A stretch of DNA of 32,000 nucleotides from Candidatus Lokiarchaeum ossiferum. GTDB lineage: Archaea > Asgardarchaeota > Lokiarchaeia > Sigyniarchaeales > Promethearchaeaceae. The stretch covers positions 570,001 through 602,000 of the forward strand of contig CP104013.1 of the NCBI GenBank assembly GCA_025839675.1, in the 5' to 3' direction. A model generated the notes under the pieces. The model had not been told where the DNA came from. It searched no databases and was given only the letters and a program-made list of their open reading frames with translations. Shown here piece by piece: positions 25,192 through 32,000 of this stretch (positions are counted from its first letter, which is position 1; each line of letters opens with the position of its first letter). Both the position numbers and the translations under genes were made by a program.

Positions 25192-27246
25192 ATGGATACA
25201 TATTTAGATAACAATAAAGAAATCGAGGAAAGAGCGTCAGATTTACTACTTAGAATGACAATAGAAGAAAAAATTCTCCTTTTGCGAGGTAAAGACTTCT
25301 GGACAACGAATTCCATCGAACGTTTAAAAATTCCCTCCTTTGGGATGACGGACGGACCCTTGGGTGTAGCAGCTCATTCAAGTTTCAAGGGAAAACGTAC
25401 TCGTTTCCCAGCGACAATTGGGTTGGCTGCCACGTGGAACAAAGAATTAGCCTATCAGATGGGAAAGGCTATTGGTAAGGAAACGAAATTGGCAGGCAGA
25501 CATCAAATTCTAGGACCTGGGGTTAATCTAATTCGATCTCCTTTATGTGGAAGAAATTTCGAATATTTGAGTGAAGATCCAATCCTTTCCTCAGAACTTG
25601 GGGCAGAATTGGTCAAGGGAATCCAATCAGAAAAAACCGCCTCATGTATTAAACACTATATTACTAATAATAGTGAAACTAAACGGATGAAAATTAGTAC
25701 CGAAATCAGTGAAAGGGCTCTGCAAGAAGTCTATGTGAAAAATTACAAAAGAATTATTGAAAAAGCTGATCCGTGGGGTTTGATGGTTTGCTATAATAAA
25801 ATTAACGGCACTTACGGTGCAGAAAATAAATATATTCTTCGAGATATTCTTCGAGATCAACTACATTTTACTGGTCATGTAGTAACTGACTGGGGAGCGT
25901 CTCGTGGAGCAGTGGAAGGAGCAGCAGGATGCATTAAAGCAGGATTAAATTTGGAGATGCCTGGTCTTTTCTTGGCCAAAACTTTGAAACCCAAAAAAGT
26001 AATGAAGGCAATAAATGAAGGAAAAATCATAGAAGCTGATATTGATTATGTTGTAAAACCTTTACTCCGTACATTCTTCAGGGTAGGTTTATTTGATCAT
26101 CCAACGCCTAAAACCCAGAAAATTATAGATATTCAAGAACATCAAGCAATCGCTCAAGCAGTTGCGGAAGAGAGCATGGTATTATTGAAAAACGATGGTC
26201 ATATTCTTCCTGTTAACCTTGAGAAAACTAAAAAATTCGCTATTATGGGACCAAATGCAAAAAAAATTTTTGGAAAATATCTACAAGGAGGAAGTTCTGC
26301 CGCAGTTCCCCCTCGATTTGTGACGCCATATGATGGAATTACAAAATTTATTGGAGAGAAGGGAGAAATCGTAGAAGAACCCGAGGATGCAGATATAGTA
26401 TTTTTAATACTTGGATTGGATCATGGAAGTAATATGCTTAAAGCAATGCTCACTAAAATGGAAGGTGATACAGAAGGAAAAGATCGCACTAAATATAATT
26501 TACCTGATGACCAAATGCAACTATTTTATGATACTATCCAACGAAATTCAAATACTGTGGTTATCTTAATTGCTGGAAGTCCGATTGATTGTGCTCCATT
26601 TTTGGAAAAATCCCCAGCCCTTCTCAATGCATGGTATCCTGGAATGATGGGAGGTAATGCACTGGCGAGAATTCTTTTTGGAGAAATTTCACCTTCGGGG
26701 AAACTCCCAGTAACCTTTCCTAAAAAATTGAAGGATCATCCTGCTCATCTCTCGAAAGATCGATTCCCTGGCGATTTAAAGAACTTAAAAATTCATTTTG
26801 ATGAAGGGATTTATATTGGATATCGTTATTTTGATAAAGAGAATGTTGTTCCACAATTTCCATTTGGATATGGGCTCTCTTACACCACATTTGAACTTTC
26901 TAATCTAAGATTAGTTAAAGCACAAATTGCCAGTTCTGGAACGTTCAATGTGTCTGTGGATGTGAAAAATACGGGTTCAATTGCAGGATCGGAAGTAATC
27001 CAGATTTATCTCGCAGATGATGAAGCGACCGTTGAACGTCCTTTGAGAGAACTCCAAGGTTTTGGCAAAGTACATTTGGTTCCAGGTGAAACAAAGACAG
27101 TAATTATCACTTTGGAGAAATCTGCTTTCGAATTTTATTCTGTCAAGGATCATAAATTTATTGCGGAATCAGGAGGTTTTACCATATATGCAGGGACCTC
27201 CTCCCGAGATCTACCCCTAAATATAAATTTGCAATATCAAACCTAA
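25192..27246 (+). CDS. Glycoside hydrolase family 3 beta-glucosidase (BglX-like) with a C-terminal Fn3-like domain.
   Basis: Motifs include MTIEEKILLLRG, GMTDGPLGV, LGPGVNLIRSPLCGRNFEYLSEDP, KHYITNN.E..R, the nucleophile region GHVVTDWGA, and the Fn3-like GSEVIQIYLADD...RPLRELQGFGKVHLVPGETKTV. Confidence 0.93.
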   Translation: MDTYLDNNKEIEERASDLLLRMTIEEKILLLRGKDFWTTNSIERLKIPSFGMTDGPLGVAAHSSFKGKRTRFPATIGLAATWNKELAYQMGKAIGKETKLAGRHQILGPGVNLIRSPLCGRNFEYLSEDPILSSELGAELVKGIQSEKTASCIKHYITNNSETKRMKISTEISERALQEVYVKNYKRIIEKADPWGLMVCYNKINGTYGAENKYILRDILRDQLHFTGHVVTDWGASRGAVEGAAGCIKAGLNLEMPGLFLAKTLKPKKVMKAINEGKIIEADIDYVVKPLLRTFFRVGLFDHPTPKTQKIIDIQEHQAIAQAVAEESMVLLKNDGHILPVNLEKTKKFAIMGPNAKKIFGKYLQGGSSAAVPPRFVTPYDGITKFIGEKGEIVEEPEDADIVFLILGLDHGSNMLKAMLTKMEGDTEGKDRTKYNLPDDQMQLFYDTIQRNSNTVVILIAGSPIDCAPFLEKSPALLNAWYPGMMGGNALARILFGEISPSGKLPVTFPKKLKDHPAHLSKDRFPGDLKNLKIHFDEGIYIGYRYFDKENVVPQFPFGYGLSYTTFELSNLRLVKAQIASSGTFNVSVDVKNTGSIAGSEVIQIYLADDEATVERPLRELQGFGKVHLVPGETKTVIITLEKSAFEFYSVKDHKFIAESGGFTIYAGTSSRDLPLNINLQYQT

Positions 27247-27385
27247 ATGAAACGATTTTTTTCCTTTTTTTGGTGACCCAATGATACTCTGATTTTGAAG
27301 TTCATATATTTCGAATTTAATTGCTAAATTATTGTTAGAGAGCTTATAAAGATGTCTACATTAATCTAAGTTCAGTGATAAATAT

Positions 27386-27853
27386 ATGGAACAATTAGAT
27401 AGCTATTGTGGAATTTACTGTGGTAGTTGTTTTATACGAAAATCTTTAAAGGAAAACGACCGAAAATATATTCCGGAGAAATGGTCATGGATCACAGACG
27501 ATATTCCTTTAGAATGTAAAGGATGTAAGAGTGATACTCTTTTTATCGGCTGTCAACAATGTAAAATTCGGCAATGCGCTAGTAGTAAGAAAATGGATTT
27601 TTGTAATCTGTGTACTGATTATGAAAGTTGTGAACTTATAAAGAATCTTGATTCTCATGCCCATCCTCATCACATCGTAGCGAAAAATAGTTTGAAATTA
27701 ATACAAGAAATCGGCAAAGAAAAATGGTTAGAAAATCAAATAATCCGATGGAAATGTCAAAACTGCCAATATCCATTTTCATGGTATGAAACTGAATGCG
27801 AAAAATGTGGAGAAAAGTTATTTAACTCAACAGAAGAAGCAAAATCATTATAG
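27386..27853 (+). CDS. Cys-rich DUF3795-type protein, a putative metal- or Fe-S-binding protein.
   Basis: The N-terminus is YCGIYCGSCFIRK, with further CxxC pairs (CKGCKS, CQQCKIRQC, CNLCTDYESC, CQNCQ, CEKCG). The arrangement matches my recollection of DUF3795. Confidence 0.6.
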   Translation: MEQLDSYCGIYCGSCFIRKSLKENDRKYIPEKWSWITDDIPLECKGCKSDTLFIGCQQCKIRQCASSKKMDFCNLCTDYESCELIKNLDSHAHPHHIVAKNSLKLIQEIGKEKWLENQIIRWKCQNCQYPFSWYETECEKCGEKLFNSTEEAKSL

Positions 27854-28009
27854 AACAAGTCTTTCATTTTTTCCTAAATTCATAATACTTTCGAATAATA
27901 TGTCGAAATTCAAATGAATAAAATCAAATGTATATTTCGAAATGTTTAAATTATTCCACTACCATATTTTTGATAACACTGTATTGTGATAAAACTGGTG
28001 ATAAAAAAA

Positions 28010-28903
28010 ATGGAAGTAAAATATCGATTCTATGAACCCAATCAAGGGTTAGAGGAAATTCAAGGCAAAATTTATAGTCAAGCGAATAATCGGATAGTAA
28101 CTGGAAAAGAAATCCAGGAACGGTTCGAACGAGAAAAAATTGACCCAAAAACCGTAAGATATGCCTTCACAAAAGACAACAAACCCCTTGCATACATTCA
28201 AGCAAGAGATTATGAAAATGTTGGTGAAGTACACATTGGTCGTGTTTGGGCAATGCCTGAGTGTCCCGAAGAGATAAAAACAACGATGTTCGATGACTTA
28301 TTAACCTATATGAAAGGACGAAAATCTGATTTACGCCTTAAATTCAATACAACGGGTGATCCAGAACAGATTAAATTTGCTGAAGAACGTGGTTTCAAGT
28401 TGGATCAGAAAGTCATTCGATTCACTATCGATAGAGAATCAATTGCTAAGTTTGATACATCAAAATTAAACTATTCCCTTCGAAGAGCTACAATGGACGA
28501 TTTTGAAGAAATTAAAAAATGCTATCTGAAAGCTTTAGGGCACGTTGGAAGAACAGTTAATGAGCAACTTGCAAATTTCTTCAAAACTCAAATTGAGACT
28601 GGGTTTATGTCATTAGCTTTTGAGGGAGAAGAAATGATTGGGGTTATAGGATGTCGAGTTCCTGATTTAACCACTGATAAAGATCGCCCTAAAAACTTAG
28701 GAATTCAACCATTATTTACACTGCTCAAGAAAGAAAATGCTCTCCCAGTTTTAATGAATGCAGCATTAGAAATTGCAGCACAAGAAAAATGGAATCAAGA
28801 TGTCATCCAAATAGGTTTTACGGATGAAAATCCCGATGAAATGGAAATAATGCATGCAATAGCAAAGGAAACAGCAGTCACAGGCATGCAATTTGTTCAA
28901 TAG
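28010..28903 (+). CDS. Putative tandem GNAT-like acetyltransferase-fold protein. The track ORF begins at GTG 27986; ATG 28010 is more likely.
   Basis: There are two halves of about 140 aa, each ending in a GNAT-like beta-strand/helix pattern (..AYIQARDY...VHIGRVWA.PE....I...MFDDLLTYM......L.F......EQIKFAEERGFKL and ..MSLAFEGEEMIGVIGCRV...). The assignment is weak. Confidence 0.45.
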   Translation: MEVKYRFYEPNQGLEEIQGKIYSQANNRIVTGKEIQERFEREKIDPKTVRYAFTKDNKPLAYIQARDYENVGEVHIGRVWAMPECPEEIKTTMFDDLLTYMKGRKSDLRLKFNTTGDPEQIKFAEERGFKLDQKVIRFTIDRESIAKFDTSKLNYSLRRATMDDFEEIKKCYLKALGHVGRTVNEQLANFFKTQIETGFMSLAFEGEEMIGVIGCRVPDLTTDKDRPKNLGIQPLFTLLKKENALPVLMNAALEIAAQEKWNQDVIQIGFTDENPDEMEIMHAIAKETAVTGMQFVQ

Positions 28904-28942
28904 TCAAAAATGTCCCTTTTTTTTGTTATTCTACTTCCGAAT

Positions 28943-29548
28943 TCATTTGTGTTTTTCATTCCATTCTTTTACTTTTTCAAAGAATTCCTGGATCAGAGGA
29001 TGATTTAGATCTACTTTACGCCTTTCAAATCGTTTCTTCCAGCCTGTTTCGACATCTCCAGGGGCAAGTAATGCTTTAAAATCTGTTTTTGTTTGAATAA
29101 AACGTAAGTATCCATCAACGATTTCTTCATTTATTACTTTATCTCCAAAAATTTTATTAACGTGACTAGTAAATCCATAATAATTTCTCATAGGGGCGAT
29201 ACAATTGGTTCGATATCGGAGAACTAAATAATTTTCTTCTAAGCCATTCTTATTGGGGATTTGGTTGGAAGTGTCTTCTGAAAATAACTTTTCAAATTCA
29301 TCGTTCCCATTGATAAAATTATCAAACAAAAAAGTATATAGTGAATATGGTTGTTCGTAAATTTTTTCAAAATCAAGCGTTGAATCAAAATCAATTCGAA
29401 CACAAAAAATTCCTCCTTGTTCTATAATGTTAGCATCTTTTTTGTACAAAACTTCGAAAGCAACTGAAATTTGAGATAAAATCTCATATATTGACATAGA
29501 TTTCTCCAAAGTATGTTCAACAGAAATTTCAAGGAAAGGAGTATCCAT
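28943..29548 (-). CDS. Hypothetical protein, 201 aa, with no recognisable domain.
   Basis: A clean ORF ending in TGA, with composition like the neighbouring genes. Confidence 0.55.
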   Translation of the reverse strand: MDTPFLEISVEHTLEKSMSIYEILSQISVAFEVLYKKDANIIEQGGIFCVRIDFDSTLDFEKIYEQPYSLYTFLFDNFINGNDEFEKLFSEDTSNQIPNKNGLEENYLVLRYRTNCIAPMRNYYGFTSHVNKIFGDKVINEEIVDGYLRFIQTKTDFKALLAPGDVETGWKKRFERRKVDLNHPLIQEFFEKVKEWNEKHK

Positions 29549-29765
29549 GATATCAGTATTAGATCCAGAGTTTAAGAATGTAATTCTTTAAATTAAAAAA
29601 TCAGATTGGAAAAGGGTTAATAGAGAATAAATGAAAAGAAAATGATTGAGGATAATTCCAAAATCACGAAAATCCCTCTTTTTTTCCAATTTACGAAAAA
29701 AATTTATTAAGATGGATTTAAAGATATTTCTAAAACTTTAAAATTCATTTGAGCAATAATGAAAT

Positions 29766-30311
29766 ATGCTAAAAGGAAGAACTATTTCACTCCATCGCTT
29801 AGAAGAAACTGAAATCCCTCTTGTGCACCGATGGCGTAATAATTTGGACATAATTGGATTTTATGCGCCATTAATTCAATGTGATCTTTCAGAAAACATG
29901 AAGAACTTTGGAGAATCTACCCCAAATTCAATATTTTTCATCATTACAATGAACGATAAGACTCCAATAGGATTTGCATCCATTAATTCTTGTGGATTTC
30001 CCGGATCGGAATTTTGGGAAATTGGATATATGATTATTCCAGAAGAGCGAGGCAACGGCTATGCTTCCGAAGCGGTATTAATTTTGAGTGATTTCATTTT
30101 TCTATCAAAAGTTTCACCACGTATTCAAGCCCATGTAGATGTTGAGAATATAGCGAGTAAGAAATTATTGGAAAAAGTGGGCTACAAATGTGAGGGAATC
30201 CTTCGAAAGAATATTTTTATGTATGGTGAGTGGCGAGATTCTGCACTATACTCACTGCTTCGAGAAGAATGGGATCATCCCCGAATATTACCAAGAAGAG
30301 TCAATTCATAA
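29766..30311 (+). CDS. GNAT family N-acetyltransferase (RimJ/RimL-like).
   Basis: The sequence reads LKGRTISLHRLEETEIPLVHRW.N.......,  IGFASIN......EIGYMIIPEERGNGYASEAVLILSDFIF.....RIQAHVDVENIASKKLLEKVGYKCEGILRKNIFMYGEWRDSALYSLLREEW. Confidence 0.88.
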   Translation: MLKGRTISLHRLEETEIPLVHRWRNNLDIIGFYAPLIQCDLSENMKNFGESTPNSIFFIITMNDKTPIGFASINSCGFPGSEFWEIGYMIIPEERGNGYASEAVLILSDFIFLSKVSPRIQAHVDVENIASKKLLEKVGYKCEGILRKNIFMYGEWRDSALYSLLREEWDHPRILPRRVNS

Positions 30312-30494
30312 TTTTTTATTTCTCATTCTATTTTATCCCTTCAGATTTTTAAAGTTCATCGCTCACTGCATAAGATTTTTTTAAATCCAAACCTACCAAG
30401 GAGCTTCAATTTTATAAATTAAGCAATTTTAAGAGTATTTGGTTGCTTAGCGGATATTTTTAAACGAGTTTGAAAAAATGCTTGCTAAATTAAA

Positions 30495-31526
30495 TTATAG
30501 AGGTTTTGATTTATACGTTGGGTTCTTATACAAAATGAGAGGATCTTCTTCATAATGCGAAATAAAGACATCTATTTTATCAATAACATGCTGTAACTGT
30601 ACCAAAATATGATGATAACCGTGGTAAATACAATAGGGTGAAGTAGGGAGATTAAATTCTTCAAGGAACCCTTTGAATTTTTTTTTACTATTTCTTAGGA
30701 ATTCGAGAACTTTTCCTTCCATTGATCCAAAACTATGGGTGAGAGAATGCATACGATAATATTTTTTTTGGGGATAGTAAGCAACGTAACGATCTTCAAC
30801 CAATTTATCAAGTCGTTTTTTAATAGTTCGTTTATCAAAAGATGTGAGTTTTTGAAGTTCTGGCAAGGATAAACACTCTCGAGTTAGGAAATAGCAGTTT
30901 AACCAGGTCATTTTTTCATCACTTTCTTGAAAATAGTCAATTTCAATTAAATACTCAATAAAACTTGATTCAAGTAATTTGAAATCTTCAGAAAAATTAT
31001 AAACTTCTTCCAGAGGCGCTTGATTGACCGTTTCAAAATTCCAATTTTTGTCCTCCTTATACAAATAATCAAAATAGTAGATATAAATAAACTGGATATC
31101 TTGAATTCTTTTTAAAAAATGAGCCCGTTCAAAAGAATCCTTGAGTTTTGACCCTTTGGAAAGATACTCCTTGAAAAATTCCTTCATATGTGTTTTTTCT
31201 ATAACTCTTGGGTCTTTCTTTGTTAAAACGAATGGGATATAATTTACATTAAATATGTACTCTTTCACTTTGTGTTGAATATTGGATATTTCAATTGCTC
31301 CAATATCTTGCAATTTAGATAGTAAAATCGAAATTGTTCCTCTTGAATAACCAGTAAGTTGAGCCAAAACGGTCTGATTCAGACGTTTATGAATTAAAAA
31401 ATATCCGAATATTGTAGCCAGATTTTTTGGTCTTCCATACATATAATTGATAGTAGCATAAAAATCAATGATTGATTTTTCAAATGGCACAATTTTATCA
31501 TGGAAGTAATGGATTTCTTCTATCAT
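30495..31526 (-). CDS. Transcriptional regulator with two winged-helix (MarR/GbsR-like) domains.
   Basis: The first wHTH is LATIFGYFLIHKRLNQTVLAQLTGYSRGTISILLSKLQDIGAIEI. The second is LTRECLSLPELQKLTSFDKRTIKKRLDKLVEDRYVAYY. Confidence 0.65.
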   Translation of the reverse strand: MIEEIHYFHDKIVPFEKSIIDFYATINYMYGRPKNLATIFGYFLIHKRLNQTVLAQLTGYSRGTISILLSKLQDIGAIEISNIQHKVKEYIFNVNYIPFVLTKKDPRVIEKTHMKEFFKEYLSKGSKLKDSFERAHFLKRIQDIQFIYIYYFDYLYKEDKNWNFETVNQAPLEEVYNFSEDFKLLESSFIEYLIEIDYFQESDEKMTWLNCYFLTRECLSLPELQKLTSFDKRTIKKRLDKLVEDRYVAYYPQKKYYRMHSLTHSFGSMEGKVLEFLRNSKKKFKGFLEEFNLPTSPYCIYHGYHHILVQLQHVIDKIDVFISHYEEDPLILYKNPTYKSKPL

Positions 31527-31789
31527 ATTATTTTAATCCCAAATTCAGATTGATTGATCATAAATTCAAAAATGAAAATCATATTTTAAAATTAACATTA
31601 TTCTAATATAGACTATTAATTCTTATAAATTTAATTAAAATCCCAATATGAAATATTTTATCCATCAAAAAATAATTCTTAACAAATTTACATCATTTAT
31701 CGAAATAGATATCTTGCATTTCAAATTATAGTTATTTTTCAAAAAATGTCAAGGTTTAAATTTCTATTTTAGCTAATATAGATTAACTA

Positions 31790-31807
31790 AATTTCATTTG
31801 AAATTTG
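31790..31807. promoter_or_regulatory. Perfect 18 bp palindrome AAATTTCA-TT-TGAAATTT.
   Basis: It sits in the 326 nt spacer between the double-wHTH regulator gene (minus strand) and the candidate ATG at 31853 (plus strand). It is built almost entirely of A and T, so the chance expectation is not negligible. Confidence 0.2.
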
Positions 31808-31852
31808 AAGCTGGAATGTCATAATTCTTCAACAGATTTGGGTAGAAAACAT

Positions 31853-32000
31853 ATGGTATTACAAAATATCGATGCGAACATCACTATGGTCAAACAAAAG
31901 CAAAAAAACTTTTTTTTCACTGACTCGATAAAGGATTCGTCTTTAGGACTTGATAATAAAGGGCTAATCGATTTGAAAGAATTTGGAATTAAGATTCATT
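31853..32000 (+). CDS. Possible 5' end of a gene that runs off the right edge (MVLQNIDANITMVKQKQKNFFFTDSIKDSSLGLDNKGLIDLKEFGIKIH...).
   Basis: The frame is open from ATG 31853 to the window end (49 codons). There is no domain information. Confidence 0.3.
   Translation, partial: MVLQNIDANITMVKQKQKNFFFTDSIKDSSLGLDNKGLIDLKEFGIKIH

Noticed and set aside
31603-31785. An 11 nt direct repeat CTAATATAGA(c/t)T at 31603-31614 and 31774-31785, upstream of the double-wHTH regulator gene.
   Set aside because: It is AT-rich and short. My rough estimate is that the chance of such a match within a 300 nt AT-rich spacer is a few percent, so it is not compelling without conservation data.
1-32000. Genome-wide reassignment of TGA (to Trp, code 4, or to Gly, code 25), suggested by the two in-frame TGAs.
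   Set aside because: Long ORFs of 710, 713 and 863 aa contain no in-frame TGA, and their Trp residues are encoded by TGG. Three genes (18324-19895, 24328-24996, 28943-29548) end in TGA. Reading through those stops gives only short, T-rich, non-protein-like extensions of 4-21 codons before the next stop. The two internal TGAs are therefore isolated events, not a code change.
1-32000. CRISPR arrays, tRNA or rRNA genes, and IS elements, transposases or integrases.
   Set aside because: I saw no regularly spaced direct repeats and no GC-rich cloverleaf-like segments or T-loop consensus (GGTTCGAATCC-like). No ORF has DDE, tyrosine-recombinase or serine-recombinase motifs. The only substantial repeat is the 300 bp pair at 6272 and 9783.

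Overview
This is an AT-rich window (about one-third GC by eye). Genes are short to medium, several intergenic spacers run 350-630 nt, there are no obvious Shine-Dalgarno motifs, and the proteins are rich in Lys, Asn and Ile. The gene content includes TPR, HEAT, longin/roadblock-like and DUF3795 proteins. Together this suggests an uncultured archaeon, possibly Asgard/Loki-like, but that is inference only. I found no rRNA, tRNA, CRISPR array, transposase or integrase. Four blocks stand out. (1) 134-4794 is an island of modification-dependent (Type IV-like) nucleases: a PUA/EVE-like domain fused to an HsdR_N-type PD-(D/E)xK domain, an HNH protein with an unassigned N-domain, an SRA(YDG)-HNH enzyme, and one unknown gene. 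(2) 6272-10077 is a 3.5 kb cassette (TetR, flavodoxin-like, membrane and ASCH proteins) bracketed by roughly 300 bp diverged direct repeats. The repeats leave one truncated and one intact glyoxalase/VOC gene, which looks like a Campbell-type integration scar. (3) 14771-17692 holds a 710 aa TPR protein with an unassigned C-terminal alpha/beta domain, next to a small longin/roadblock-like protein. (4) 18324-24996 is the most interesting locus. A zinc-finger-HEAT-TIR protein and an 863 aa SIR2-like protein, the latter preceded by an RHH regulator, converge on a CrtI-family flavoprotein. This is a non-canonical pairing of two NADase-type immune effector domains (Thoeris-like or DSR-like). Two genes carry single in-frame TGA codons, one at a Trp position conserved in the dienelactone hydrolase family. 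The rest of the window is housekeeping or accessory: a GH3 beta-glucosidase, GNAT acetyltransferases, wHTH regulators and a secreted repeat protein.
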